64,000 nt of DNA. Origin: Clostridiales bacterium. Its GTDB lineage: Bacteria; Bacillota; Clostridia; Christensenellales; CAG-138. The translations under genes and the position numbers were made by a program. Positions 9,044 to 19,642 of the stretch are shown one piece after another; within the stretch, counting starts at the first letter, position 1, and every line of letters starts with the position of its first letter. Location: positions 4,194-68,193 of the forward strand of contig DUPG01000010.1 in assembly GCA_012838425.1 (NCBI GenBank), read 5' to 3'. A model generated the notes under the pieces. It searched no databases. It had not been told where the DNA came from and saw only the letters and a program-made list of their open reading frames with translations.

Positions 9044-9662
9044 TTATATAATCAATTTGCGCCAACAAATGCTCGCAAAGTGCATTTACTCCGTCAACCA
9101 CGGTTCTTGAGGTGCCTGTAGCACCGGTGATAGCATCAACATTGTTCTCGTCTGTTGCAGGTTCGTTTGCTTTTTTGAGAATCAGCTTGTAGGTCTTGCC
9201 TATGAACTGTTCAGTGAATTCAGGGTCTTTCGCTTTTGAGCCGTAGCCTTCTGTTTCCTTGAAGTTCGCACCGCCTACGGACAAGCCTGTGATTTTACCG
9301 TCTAAATCCATGCCGACAGTCAACTCAATTTCGCCAGCATAGCCCTTTACAGTTATCTGCCCGGTAACGCCGACTATTTCATTACCTAATACTGCTATGA
9401 AAACATTGTCTAAGCTGTCGTCAATGCTCCCGAATTCTATACCCGATACAACGACTTTTTCAGCTTCGGTATCGGAAGCCTTGTTAAGCTGTATGAAGTC
9501 GTCAGCATTCTCAAAAACAGCTTTACGCGCTTCATTTGACGCCTTTCTTGCGTGTTCGTTTATGGGGGCAAGCGTAATGTCGTGCACAACGCCTAACAAA
9601 AGACCTGCTACAGCGGCTATAATAAATAGCTTTAATACCAAAGTAATTGTATTATCACGCAT
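9024..9662 (-). CDS. rnfG: Rnf complex subunit G (FMN-binding)
   Basis: N-terminal helix and the DAITGATGTS flavinylation motif. ATG 9662 has a GGAGG SD 8 nt upstream. The ORF-track start at 9704 would overlap rnfD by 50 nt. Confidence 0.9.
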   Translation of the reverse strand: MRDNTITLVLKLFIIAAVAGLLLGVVHDITLAPINEHARKASNEARKAVFENADDFIQLNKASDTEAEKVVVSGIEFGSIDDSLDNVFIAVLGNEIVGVTGQITVKGYAGEIELTVGMDLDGKITGLSVGGANFKETEGYGSKAKDPEFTEQFIGKTYKLILKKANEPATDENNVDAITGATGTSRTVVDGVNALCEHLLAQIDYINEQRGN

Positions 9663-10596
9663 TTGCTTTACCTCCATAAACTCTCGGTTTGATGAATTTA
9701 TCAATCAAGGGTGTGGCTATGTTCATAATCAGAATCGCATATGTAACGCCCTCGGGATAGCTTGAAAATTTTCTCATTACAGCGACTATTAAGCCGCAGC
9801 CTATTGCGAATAGGACTTCTCCTCGGAATGTCATCGGGTTTGTTGTGTAATCGGTTGCCATGAACACTGCGCCTAACAATAAACCGCCTGAGAGCACATA
9901 TTGCGCAGGGTTAATACTGAACCCATTGAACATCCAGCCGCAAAGTAGGGCAGTACCTACAAATATAGTTGGTATGGCTGGGGTGATAACGCGCCTTATA
10001 AGCAGATAAATAAAGCCCAATATAATAGCGACCTTTGATACTTCGCCGATACAGCCGGGGATATTGCCCAACAGAAGCTGCATAGTAGAATAATTCTCAG
10101 GGTTAGTGAGCGGAGTAGCGGCAGTCGCTGCGTCAACGCTCATAAAGCCAAGCGAAGAAGTCGTATTAGTGTTCACAAATGTTGAAACTAATGGCCCGAA
10201 GCTTGTAACCAGTATTGCGCGTGCGGCTAATGCAGGGTTTAAGAAGTTGCCGCCTAAGCCGCCAAAGAGTTGCTTTATAAGTATTATTGCTATTACGCTG
10301 CCCAAGCAAGCTGACCACCAAGGCGCTGTAGAGGGCAGGTTAAGTGCTAACAAAAGTCCGGTAACAACAGCGGATAAATCCCTAATTGTTACAGGCTTCT
10401 TTGCTAACTTCTGCCATATAAATTCAGCTAATACAGCGGATACAATCGAAACGGCTACTAATATTCCGGCACGGTAGCCAAAGAAATATAGACCGGCAAA
10501 TGTTGTAGGAAGAAGTGCGATGATCACATCGCGCATTATTGAGGTAGTAGTATCTTTAGAATGTAAATGCGGGGCAGGTGAAACGATTAAACTCAT
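9655..10596 (-). CDS. rnfD: Rnf complex subunit D
   Basis: NqrB/RnfD-type polytopic protein with the FMN-attachment motif SGGLLLGAVFMATD. Confidence 0.93.
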   Translation of the reverse strand: MSLIVSPAPHLHSKDTTTSIMRDVIIALLPTTFAGLYFFGYRAGILVAVSIVSAVLAEFIWQKLAKKPVTIRDLSAVVTGLLLALNLPSTAPWWSACLGSVIAIILIKQLFGGLGGNFLNPALAARAILVTSFGPLVSTFVNTNTTSSLGFMSVDAATAATPLTNPENYSTMQLLLGNIPGCIGEVSKVAIILGFIYLLIRRVITPAIPTIFVGTALLCGWMFNGFSINPAQYVLSGGLLLGAVFMATDYTTNPMTFRGEVLFAIGCGLIVAVMRKFSSYPEGVTYAILIMNIATPLIDKFIKPRVYGGKANA

Positions 10597-11915
10597 TGCT
10601 TTGCCCTCCTTTCAGCTTGTGCAATCTTTTCTTTCATAACCTTAAATGAGGGTGTAAGGTATCGCGACGCGGGGCATACATAAGAACAGCACCCACATAG
10701 TATGCAATCCTTTATGTTGCGCGATATTGCTGCCTTCATGTCGTTTTTATCGCAATCAAATTTAAGCGCGTGTGGCAGTAAGCCCGCAGGACAAACATAA
10801 ACGCAGCGCGCGCAGCGTATGCAGGCGGATTCCTCAGCAAACTTTGCTTCATGCTTGCCCAGCACTACAATTCCTCCGGTTGCTTTGCAAACGACTATAT
10901 CTTCTGTAGGTGCGCAAGGAGAAGTCATGCAGCCGCCTAATAGAATTTTCTTCGGTTCTTCCGAATATCCGTCGCATGCACCTATTAAATCGTAAAATAT
11001 TGAGCCGACTGGTACTAACAGGTTGGACGGACGATTTACCTTGCCAGTTACAGTGGTTACTCTTGAGATTAGAGGCAAGCCCTTACGAATAGCGTCTGAA
11101 ATAGCCTTGCTCGTGGAAGCATTTATTACGATAACTCCAACATCAATAGGCAATCCGCAGCTTGGAACCTCTCTGCCGGTCGCTACTTGTATGAGCTGTT
11201 TTTCGCTTCCTTGCGGATACTTCGTCTTTAGCACTAATACGCTTATATTTTCATAGTTTTTTACAACTTCTTTTATTGCTTGAATCGCTTCGGGCTTATT
11301 GTCCTCAATGCAAATAATTCCTTTGCTTACTTTCAGCGCACGCATTGTCAAGTGCAAGCCATCAACAACTAATTCGGGCTGTTCAAGCATTATTCTATGG
11401 TCGCAAGTAATATGAGTTTCGCACTCAACACCGTTTATAAGTATAGTATCGCAGTTCTTACCATTTGGAACAGTCAGCTTAACATGAGTAGGAAATGCAG
11501 CGCCTCCCATGCCGACAATACCAGCATTCTTAACAGCTTCTACGAATTTCTCAGTATTTTCGATTTCTTCTTCGGTTAAACCATGCAAATCGCTTACCCA
11601 TTCGTTAGCATAGTCGTTTTGTATTTCAACACAAAGTACGGGTTGTGAATCAGCGAATTGATGCTTTTCAACACACAATACTGTACCAGAAACGCTCGCG
11701 TGTATAGGTACTCCCAAAAAGCCTTGCGGTTCTCCTATGAGCTGCCCTTTGAGAACGCGTTGTCCTTTTTCTACACAAGGTGTGCAAGGCGGACCCATGT
11801 GCATTTGCATTGGTATAATTACAGTACCCGGTTCAAATTCTCGTATGGGTTCATTGCGTGTTGCGCGTTTTCCTCCATGCTTGATAGGGTGAATACCACC
11901 TCTGAATGATTTCAA
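10593..11915 (-). CDS. rnfC: Rnf complex subunit C
   Basis: FRGGIHP N-terminus, NADH/FMN-binding GMGGAAFPT, and two CxxCxxCxxxCP clusters. The start is uncertain: TTG 11915 with AGGTG upstream is preferred, but the ORF is open to TTG 11951. Confidence 0.88.
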   Translation of the reverse strand: MKSFRGGIHPIKHGGKRATRNEPIREFEPGTVIIPMQMHMGPPCTPCVEKGQRVLKGQLIGEPQGFLGVPIHASVSGTVLCVEKHQFADSQPVLCVEIQNDYANEWVSDLHGLTEEEIENTEKFVEAVKNAGIVGMGGAAFPTHVKLTVPNGKNCDTILINGVECETHITCDHRIMLEQPELVVDGLHLTMRALKVSKGIICIEDNKPEAIQAIKEVVKNYENISVLVLKTKYPQGSEKQLIQVATGREVPSCGLPIDVGVIVINASTSKAISDAIRKGLPLISRVTTVTGKVNRPSNLLVPVGSIFYDLIGACDGYSEEPKKILLGGCMTSPCAPTEDIVVCKATGGIVVLGKHEAKFAEESACIRCARCVYVCPAGLLPHALKFDCDKNDMKAAISRNIKDCILCGCCSYVCPASRYLTPSFKVMKEKIAQAERRAKQ

Positions 11916-12144
11916 TACATACACCTGCTTTCTACAATAAATTAGAGTCAACTTGTATCATAACATATTTGCAAAAAAAGTTAAAGAAAAAAATCGACAA
12001 CAGATTCGGATATATTATATTAAATCTCTTTCCTGCTTTTGCTTATGAGGTAATATTACTGTAATATGGCAGATTTACCATTCAAGAATTATTGTGTGTT
12101 ATTTGCGTAGTGGCTATTGTCCGTTATGGGAAATTCGATAAAGC

Positions 12145-12172
12145 AAAAACCCACCGCATTTGCAGTGGGTTT
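12145..12172 (-). terminator. Rho-independent terminator of ppdK
   Basis: On the minus strand, a CCCACUGC-AAAU-GCGGUGGG hairpin is followed by UUUUU. Confidence 0.75.
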
Positions 12173-12195
12173 CGTTTTAGTATCACAAGAGTGGA

Positions 12196-14820
12196 TTACT
12201 TCTTGTTTCTAATTGCTGATTGTGCTGCAGCCAAGCGTGCGATTGGCACACGATAGGGTGAGCAGGATACATAGTTCAGCCCAATCTTGTGGCAGAACTC
12301 GATTGATGACGGGTCGCCGCCATGCTCACCGCAGATACCCAGCTTGATGTTCGGGCGTGTCTGCTTGCCGAGCTCAACAGCCAGCTTCATGAGCTTGCCA
12401 ACGCCGGTTTGGTCTAACCTTGCGAACGGGTCGCTTTCGAATATCTTCTTAGCGTAGTATTCGCCCAAGAACTTAGTTGCGTCGTCGCGGCTGAAGCCGA
12501 ATGTCATCTGTGACAGGTCGTTTGTGCCGAATGAGAAGAACTCAGCCTTCTTTGCGATGTCATCTGCTGTTAAGCAAGCACGCGGAATTTCAATCATAGT
12601 ACCAACAAGGTAATTGATTTCTGTATTCTTCTCCTGCATAACCTTCTTAGCAGTTTCATCGATTACATTCTTTATGTATTCGAGCTCTTTCGCTTCGCAT
12701 ACTAAGGGAACCATTATTTCGGGAGTTACAGTCTTGCCGGTTTCCTTATACACATTGATTGCAGCTTCTATTATTGCGCGGGTCTGCATTTCAACGATTT
12801 CGGGATATGTAACGCCCAAACGGCAGCCGCGATGACCCATCATCGGGTTGAACTCATGCAAGCTCTCAACGGTTTCCTTCAATTCCTCGAAGGTAATGCC
12901 CATTGTCTTTGCTAAGGCTTCTATATCGTCGTCCTCAGAGGGCAGGAACTCATGTAATGGCGGGTCTAACAAGCGGATTGTAACAGGGAATTCGCCCATA
13001 ACCTTATAGATGCCTTCGAAGTCGCTTCTCTGCATGGGAAGCAGCTCAGCCAACGCCTTTCTGCGATTTTCTTCGGTTTTGCTTACTATCATTTCGCGAA
13101 CAGCAGGTATTCTGTCCTCCTCAAAGAACATATGCTCAGTGCGGCAAAGACCGATGCCTTCTGCACCGAATTCTATTGCAACCTTTGAATCTCTTGGTGA
13201 ATCCGCGTTGGTTCTTACCTTAAGCGTGCGGAACTGGTCAGCCAGCTTCATTATTCTGTGGAATTCGTCTGAAAGGATAGGCGGTATGGTGGGCAGTGCG
13301 CCTTCATATACCTTACCTGTTGAGCCGTCTAACGAAATCCAGTCGCCTTCGTGGAATACCTCGCCTGTAACAAGTGTTATTGTTTTCTTTTCGTCGTCTA
13401 TTCTAACCTGTGAACAGCCTGCTACACAGCACTTGCCCATACCGCGTGCAACAACTGCTGCGTGTGAAGTCATACCGCCGCGTGCTGTCAAAATACCTTC
13501 GGAAGCAATCATGCCTTCAATATCCTCAGGCGATGTTTCCAAACGCGCCAATATAACCTTTTCGCCGCGTGCTGCTGCTTCGTGAGCGTCCTCAGCCGAG
13601 AAGTAAACCTTACCCGACGCTGCGCCCGGTGATGCTGCAAGGCCCTGCGCTATGGGCTTAGCATTTGCCAATGCCTTGGGGTCAAAGCAGTTGTGCAGGA
13701 GTGTATCCAAGGTTCTGGGTTCAATCTTCAACAGAGCTTCTTCGGGTGAAAGCATGCCCTCGTCCATCAAATCGCAAGCGATCTTCAATGCTGCTGAAGC
13801 GGTGCGCTTGCCGTTGCGTGTCTGCAGGATATACAGCTTGCCACGCTCAATTGTGAACTCCATGTCCTGCATATCTCTGTAATGGCGCTCGAGCTTTTCG
13901 CAGATTTCTAAGAACTGTTTATATACTTCGGGCTGTGTTTGCTCTAATTGTGAAATGTGCTGAGGTGTGCGGATACCGGCAACAACATCTTCGCCCTGTG
14001 CGTTCATTAAGAATTCGCCGTAAATCTTCTTTTCGCCTGTTGAGGGGTTGCGTGAGAATGCAACGCCTGTGCCGCTGTCGTCGCCCATGTTGCCGAATAC
14101 CATCTCTTGCACATTAACAGCAGTACCCCAAGAATAAGGTATGTCGTTTTCACGACGATAGATAATAGCACGGGGGTTGTCCCAGCTTCTGAAAACAGCT
14201 TTTACTGCCTCAAGCAGCTGCTCTTTGGGCTCTTGCGGGAAGTCGAAGCCCTTTTCCTTCTTGAACAATTCCTTATATTGCTTTACTATCTCTTTGAGAT
14301 TATCGGCGGTTAAGTCGGTATCCTTTTCGCAATTATAGCGCTTCTTGGTTGAGTCAAGTATTTCATCGAACTTTTTCTTTTCGATTTCCATAACTACATC
14401 AGAGAACATCTGAATGAATCTTCTGTAGCTGTCATATGCGAATCTTTCGTTGTTTGTGAGCTTTGCCATGCCTTCAACTGTTTCGTCGTTCAAGCCAAGG
14501 TTGAGTATTGTATCCATCATGCCGGGCATTGAAGCTCTTGCACCGGAGCGAACAGATACCAAGAGGGGATTTTGTGGATTTCCGAATTGCTTGCCTGCTT
14601 TCTTCTCTAATTTCTTAAGAGAGTCAAAAATCTCGTCAATTATTTCTTTTGCAATCATTTTACCGTCATCATAATAACGGGTGCAGGCTTCGGTAGTAAC
14701 AGTAAAACCGAATGGAACAGGCAGTCCCAAATTTGTCATTTCTGCAAGGTTTGCGCCTTTGCCGCCAAGTAGCTCGCGCATGTTTGCATTACCTTCAGAA
14801 AACATGTAAACATACTTCAT
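12196..14820 (-). CDS. ppdK: Pyruvate, phosphate dikinase
   Basis: About 874 aa with the catalytic His motif GGMTSHAAVVARG and a PEP-utilising C-terminal TIM barrel (CGEHGGDP). ATG 14820 has a GGAGG SD. The ORF-track start at 14835 is TTG. Confidence 0.95.
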   Translation of the reverse strand: MKYVYMFSEGNANMRELLGGKGANLAEMTNLGLPVPFGFTVTTEACTRYYDDGKMIAKEIIDEIFDSLKKLEKKAGKQFGNPQNPLLVSVRSGARASMPGMMDTILNLGLNDETVEGMAKLTNNERFAYDSYRRFIQMFSDVVMEIEKKKFDEILDSTKKRYNCEKDTDLTADNLKEIVKQYKELFKKEKGFDFPQEPKEQLLEAVKAVFRSWDNPRAIIYRRENDIPYSWGTAVNVQEMVFGNMGDDSGTGVAFSRNPSTGEKKIYGEFLMNAQGEDVVAGIRTPQHISQLEQTQPEVYKQFLEICEKLERHYRDMQDMEFTIERGKLYILQTRNGKRTASAALKIACDLMDEGMLSPEEALLKIEPRTLDTLLHNCFDPKALANAKPIAQGLAASPGAASGKVYFSAEDAHEAAARGEKVILARLETSPEDIEGMIASEGILTARGGMTSHAAVVARGMGKCCVAGCSQVRIDDEKKTITLVTGEVFHEGDWISLDGSTGKVYEGALPTIPPILSDEFHRIMKLADQFRTLKVRTNADSPRDSKVAIEFGAEGIGLCRTEHMFFEEDRIPAVREMIVSKTEENRRKALAELLPMQRSDFEGIYKVMGEFPVTIRLLDPPLHEFLPSEDDDIEALAKTMGITFEELKETVESLHEFNPMMGHRGCRLGVTYPEIVEMQTRAIIEAAINVYKETGKTVTPEIMVPLVCEAKELEYIKNVIDETAKKVMQEKNTEINYLVGTMIEIPRACLTADDIAKKAEFFSFGTNDLSQMTFGFSRDDATKFLGEYYAKKIFESDPFARLDQTGVGKLMKLAVELGKQTRPNIKLGICGEHGGDPSSIEFCHKIGLNYVSCSPYRVPIARLAAAQSAIRNKK

Positions 14821-14943
14821 ACAGTGTACCTCCAAATTTATTTAGGTGTGAGCAATCGCTTTTTTGCGTAATTCTACACAGCTATACATTATAACCCAAG
14901 CGTTCCTTTATAGCAAACAAAAAACAAAAATGGATAATATATT

Positions 14944-15738
14944 TTAGATAAAATTTTGAACTACCCATTCTATAGCGTGTTCATCGCAGCTTGGTGAAAC
15001 ATAATCTGCCTCATTCAGCAGGTCAGGATGCGCGTTTTTGACAGCAATGCCTATATCGGCTGCTTTTATCATTGACAAATCAAGCAGACTGTCCCCAACG
15101 GCAATTGTTTCAGAAGGTGAAATATCTAAGTGCTTGCAAAACCATTCGAGCGCCTTGCCCTTTGTTGAATTCAAATCGCTTAGCTCTATGAAGTACTTTG
15201 AAGAAGCAGTAACCTCCATACAGTCTTTGAATTCATTGCGGGTGGCTTCTAAATGTGCCATAAGCTCGTTTGAATCAGCAAAGTACAGCACCTTAGGCAC
15301 ATTTGTCCATTTCTTATTACGGATTTCATTATCGTAGATGCATTTCAGCTTCAAGTACTCGATATATCTTTGCGTGTAGGGGTTTTCACACTCCGAAACC
15401 ACATAGTCGTCAACATATATTTGAGATACAAGCGAGCATTTCGTGGCGTAGTCAAGCGATTTTCTTACTAAATCATGCTTCAAGTAGTTTGAGTGCAGCA
15501 CCTCATTTGTGCGCATATTCTTGATAACAGCTCCGCCGAAGCAGGCTGCTACATCGTAGAACAAGCCGTTTTCCCAAACTATAGAAGCTCCTAATGGCGA
15601 CCTGCCCGTAAATACTGCTACATGAACGCCATTGCCTTTTGCTTTTTTAATAGCTCTTATGTTGCGTTCGGAAATTCGCCCTTGACTGTCTAACAGCGTC
15701 GCGTCTAAATCCAATGCTAATAGCTTATACTTACTCAT
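14944..15738 (-). CDS. Cof-type HAD-IIB family phosphatase
   Basis: DLDATLL motif I, TGR, and GDSLLDLSM motif IV. 4-nt overlap with the upstream gene. Confidence 0.85.
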   Translation of the reverse strand: MSKYKLLALDLDATLLDSQGRISERNIRAIKKAKGNGVHVAVFTGRSPLGASIVWENGLFYDVAACFGGAVIKNMRTNEVLHSNYLKHDLVRKSLDYATKCSLVSQIYVDDYVVSECENPYTQRYIEYLKLKCIYDNEIRNKKWTNVPKVLYFADSNELMAHLEATRNEFKDCMEVTASSKYFIELSDLNSTKGKALEWFCKHLDISPSETIAVGDSLLDLSMIKAADIGIAVKNAHPDLLNEADYVSPSCDEHAIEWVVQNFI

Positions 15739-16442
15739 TTTAAGAATGTACGCTTGCGCAGCGCCTCCTTAACATCTTTTCTTGAGTCTAAATACAATAG
15801 CGCTAATGACAATGTCGCGCAGGGAATCAACACATAATACGACCATTGCAGCATAAACGGAGTGCCGAAATGCTCGCAAAGCGTCAGCTCAATTACCATT
15901 GAATATACGCCTAATGAGAACAGCAGTATAGCTATTCTAACCAATATAGTTGTGCGCTTTGGATGCCGAAATAGCGCAAAAAACAGCCAAGTGAAGCCGC
16001 ACGAAGCAATGCAAAGCGGCAATCCGATTGTGATTAGCCACCTTCCGCCGGCCAAGAATTGAATCAAGGCTAAGTAACCGAACAAAGCCAAGTAGTCTAT
16101 AAAAATAAACAATGCAGTATGAAACTTGCGGAAGTACATGGGAAATAGAAACGCAACAAACACTAATGTAAGCGCACCCACTACATATAAAGACCAGCTT
16201 ATTTTACCATTAGCTATAAGGTTGCTAAGCATAGTAACAAAAATAGGTATTAGAAGCAGTATTGCAATGAATGTTGCAACCTTGCCTCTGTTAACCGGCT
16301 TCGCGACCTCATAGTTAGTAGGGAAGGGCGGGTCCTCCGGCTCCTTCCAAGGTGAGTGCGGATTTATCACTTCTGTATCGCAAAGCGGACATTTTTTTTC
16401 GGTTTCAGCAAGCTCGACGCCGCAATTAACACAATATGACAT
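15735..16442 (-). CDS. Zinc-ribbon polytopic membrane protein (DUF6320-like, from memory)
   Basis: N-terminal CVNCG...CPLC zinc ribbon followed by about 5 hydrophobic helices. Confidence 0.65.
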   Translation of the reverse strand: MSYCVNCGVELAETEKKCPLCDTEVINPHSPWKEPEDPPFPTNYEVAKPVNRGKVATFIAILLLIPIFVTMLSNLIANGKISWSLYVVGALTLVFVAFLFPMYFRKFHTALFIFIDYLALFGYLALIQFLAGGRWLITIGLPLCIASCGFTWLFFALFRHPKRTTILVRIAILLFSLGVYSMVIELTLCEHFGTPFMLQWSYYVLIPCATLSLALLYLDSRKDVKEALRKRTFLK

Positions 16443-16450
16443 AGTACCTC

Positions 16451-17770
16451 CTAATATCCGGAGTTGCTTGAAATCTTCACATGAACACCCTGCTTAACTA
16501 AAAAGGTGAAAAACTCTCTTTCAAGCATACTTTCCTTTATAGTTCTTATGAAGTTTATTACTAAATTGCCTTTATAGGAAGCCACTGCGCAGGTTATTCT
16601 GTTCCTTGATAAAGGCCCTACTAAAAAGTCGATTCTATCAACATACTTTTGCATTTCATCAGGCAGTACTATATTCCCCAAGTTAGAAATCACTGTTGAG
16701 GTTTTTCTGTCGCCAACCATATTGAATACAATGCGCAGTGCGATATTCTTAATAAACAGTGGAGTGATTGACAGCAGATTGTTCTTCTCGGCAAGCACAT
16801 TGGTTGAAAATTTTGCGTTCAAGCTCTTCTCGTTTACTTCAAGCCCCATTTGGTGATGCACGGCTTTTAACACCTCGTTGAATGTATAAACGCCTAAACG
16901 CGGGTCAATGCCGACATTTACATAGCTTGCGAAATTCCTCTTTGTGTTTGTAGGATAGAACTTGCGCAGGTTTACAGGCACAGATACCTTTACCGGTTTT
17001 AGCTTTTTGCGAACTTTTTCGAAGCTCTTTCCTTTGAAGCTGTCAAGCTGTATCTTGTTTACAGCCATAATCATAACTGCGACTAAGTATTCGGTTAGTG
17101 ATACCTGCTTTTCTTTTGCACGCGACAGTATTTCGTTTACCGGAACAACGCCTGATGTAACATGTATCCTGTCCATTGGCTCGCGTGTGCCTTTTATATA
17201 GTATGAGTCCGGCTCTTTTCTTGAACGCGTAACAGGACCAGCAAATCTCACAAAAGCGTCTTCAATTTCGGTTTGCTTTGGCTCCTCGGTACAGTCTAAA
17301 ATTTCTTTATTTCTTGGAATATCAGCTCCGTATTTGAGCCTAAGGTATTCCGCTACCATTGTAAGCAAAAAGCTCATACCGCCTGTGCCGTCGGACAGCA
17401 CATGAAATACCTCAAGCGCGATAGTTTTATTGTAGTACCTAACGCGCAGCATAAAGCCCTTGTTTTCGGATAAATCCATACGAACGCAGGGGTTAGCTAC
17501 ATCCTCTTGCAGCTCGGGGCTGTCGTGTATAATTTCTAAGTAAGGCCAAAACAACCCTGATTTAAGCTTCAGAGCAAACTGAGGGAAGCGCTTCAGTGTG
17601 ATTCGCTGCGCTTGGTCTAATATTTCAGGGTAAATTTTTTCATTCAGCGTTGCAGATACGCGAAATAAAGCAGTCCAATCGCTCCTGCGGGCAGCAGGGT
17701 AAATTTTTCCCGCATTATCGACCTTAAGCCACTTTACCTTCGCGCTTTCGGAAGAATCAATAACCTTCAT
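16451..17770 (-). CDS. Condensation-domain/alcohol-acetyltransferase-like acyltransferase (HxxxDG)
   Basis: FHVLSDGTGG matches the HxxxDG catalytic motif of the condensation / WS-DGAT / PapA5 superfamily. 439 aa. Confidence 0.65.
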   Translation of the reverse strand: MKVIDSSESAKVKWLKVDNAGKIYPAARRSDWTALFRVSATLNEKIYPEILDQAQRITLKRFPQFALKLKSGLFWPYLEIIHDSPELQEDVANPCVRMDLSENKGFMLRVRYYNKTIALEVFHVLSDGTGGMSFLLTMVAEYLRLKYGADIPRNKEILDCTEEPKQTEIEDAFVRFAGPVTRSRKEPDSYYIKGTREPMDRIHVTSGVVPVNEILSRAKEKQVSLTEYLVAVMIMAVNKIQLDSFKGKSFEKVRKKLKPVKVSVPVNLRKFYPTNTKRNFASYVNVGIDPRLGVYTFNEVLKAVHHQMGLEVNEKSLNAKFSTNVLAEKNNLLSITPLFIKNIALRIVFNMVGDRKTSTVISNLGNIVLPDEMQKYVDRIDFLVGPLSRNRITCAVASYKGNLVINFIRTIKESMLEREFFTFLVKQGVHVKISSNSGY

Positions 17771-17771
17771 A

Positions 17772-18104
17772 CTATATGCCCGATGTCAAAAGTATAGCAA
17801 TATAAACAAGCAAAGCGCTTATTATGGTTCCGAAGCCCAATACTGCGGTTCGGATAATTCTTAAGTAGCTGATTGTTCTATACCTTAATAGCTTGTCTAT
17901 GTCCTCGTCTGAGACCTCGTTATATGTGCATTTGAAATACTTGCCGTCTTTCTTCGCAAATATTCCGCCGGGGATAGGCTGACCCTGCGCTTGAACATCA
18001 GATATTGCCTGCTCCTCATCTTCGGTGCATCTATGTATGCTCGCGATACCAAGCTCGCTCATAAGCTTTATAAGCTCTTCGTTAAGTGATTTGGTTTTTT
18101 TCAT
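17772..18104 (-). CDS. Small C-terminally membrane-anchored protein, unknown function
   Basis: 110 aa with an acidic soluble N-domain and one C-terminal helix (AVLGFGTIISALLVYIAILL). Its stop lies 1 nt from the acyltransferase start. Confidence 0.5.
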   Translation of the reverse strand: MKKTKSLNEELIKLMSELGIASIHRCTEDEEQAISDVQAQGQPIPGGIFAKKDGKYFKCTYNEVSDEDIDKLLRYRTISYLRIIRTAVLGFGTIISALLVYIAILLTSGI

Positions 18105-18220
18105 GCTTCGCTACCCACCCTTAGCTTATTAAATGGTTGATAGTTACCATCCCATGTGTTATTATAGCATAGTTGGTGAGATTATTAAACAACAAGAATT
18201 ATTAACCTTTGGAGGAAAAA

Positions 18221-19612
18221 ATGCTTATATACAACACATTGACACGCAAAAAAGAAAAATTCGTACCGCGCAAGGAAAATGAAGTTAGTATGTATGTTTG
18301 CGGGCCTACGGTTTACGGCTTTATTCATATCGGCAACGCAAGGCCTTTGATTGTGTTTGATACCTTCCGAAAATATTTAGAGCATATGGGCTACAAGGTC
18401 AACTATATTCAAAACTTCACCGATATTGACGATAAGGTAATAAACCGCGCAAATGATGAGAACCTACCTTACTATGCTATAGCAAACAGGTATATCGATG
18501 AATATTATATTGACGCTGATGCGTTGTCGGTCAAGCACCCGACCAACAGCCCGCGTGCGACCGAGCATATAAACCATATTATCGAGCTTGTGCAAACTCT
18601 CATAGATAAGCAGCACGCATATGTCGCTGAAAACGGCGATGTGTATTTCAGTGTTCGCAGCTTTTCAGAGTACGGCAAGCTTTCGGGTCAATCGCTTGAC
18701 GATTTAGAGAGCGGCGCAAGAATTGACCCGACTGAGCAGAAGAAAGACCCGTTGGATTTTGCGTTGTGGAAAAGCGCAAAGCCCGGCGAGCCTTCTTGGG
18801 ATTCGCCTTGGGGCAAGGGCCGACCCGGCTGGCATATTGAGTGCTCTGCAATGAGCTTGAACATACTGGGCGAAGGCTTTGATATTCACGCAGGCGGAGT
18901 GGACTTGGTTTTCCCGCACCATGAGAACGAAATCGCACAAAGCGAAGCCGCGACAGGCAAGTGCTTTGCAAAATATTGGATGCACAATGGGCATATCAAC
19001 ATCAACAATCAGAAAATGAGCAAGAGCAAGGGCAACTTCTTCACTGTACGCGATATACTAAGCGTGTTTGAGCCTGATGTTGTGCGCTTGTTCATGCTTT
19101 CGTCGCATTATCGTTCACCTATGAATTTCACAAAGGAGCTGTTAGAGCAGACAGAGCCTGCTATTCAGCGTTTGCGCACAGCAAAGGAAAGGCTGCTTGA
19201 AGCAAAAATCGCAGAACAGCCGACTGAGGGCGAACCCGAATTCATAGAACAGCTAAACGAGTTTAAGACCTCATTCGAAGCGGCAATGAGCGATGACTTG
19301 AATACTGCCGACGCTATTGGCGTATTGTTCGATTTTGTTAGGGCATGCAACTCATTCGTAAATGCTCCAAGAAGCAAGCAAGCCATTGATGCTGCTTTGA
19401 ATCTGTTCAATACATTTACATATATATTGGGTATTCTTCAAAAGGAAAAGGAAGCTGAAATTCCTAAGGAAGCGCTTGAGCTGTTAGCTTTGAGAAACGA
19501 GGCGCGCGCCAATAAAAACTGGGCTGAAGCAGATAGGCTGCGCGACGCTTTGAAGGATATGGGCTATGCGGTTGAGGATTCTAAGGAAGGCGCAAAGCTC
19601 AAGAAGCTGTAA
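18221..19612 (+). CDS. cysS: Cysteine--tRNA ligase
   Basis: HIGNAR (HIGH) and KMSKS motifs. ATG 18221 has GGAGG at 18211-18215. The ORF-track start at 18209 is TTG. Confidence 0.95.
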   Translation: MLIYNTLTRKKEKFVPRKENEVSMYVCGPTVYGFIHIGNARPLIVFDTFRKYLEHMGYKVNYIQNFTDIDDKVINRANDENLPYYAIANRYIDEYYIDADALSVKHPTNSPRATEHINHIIELVQTLIDKQHAYVAENGDVYFSVRSFSEYGKLSGQSLDDLESGARIDPTEQKKDPLDFALWKSAKPGEPSWDSPWGKGRPGWHIECSAMSLNILGEGFDIHAGGVDLVFPHHENEIAQSEAATGKCFAKYWMHNGHININNQKMSKSKGNFFTVRDILSVFEPDVVRLFMLSSHYRSPMNFTKELLEQTEPAIQRLRTAKERLLEAKIAEQPTEGEPEFIEQLNEFKTSFEAAMSDDLNTADAIGVLFDFVRACNSFVNAPRSKQAIDAALNLFNTFTYILGILQKEKEAEIPKEALELLALRNEARANKNWAEADRLRDALKDMGYAVEDSKEGAKLKKL

Positions 19613-19642
19613 TGCGAGCAATAAAACTGTACGGAGGAGTGT

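Noticed and set aside
12049-12070. Overlapping short palindromes and direct repeats (GGTAATATTACTGTAATATGG) upstream of the rnf operon, considered as a possible Rex or other operator.
   Set aside because: The sequence does not match the Rex box (TTGTGAA-N4-TTCACAA type). It is short and AT-rich, so chance occurrence is likely.
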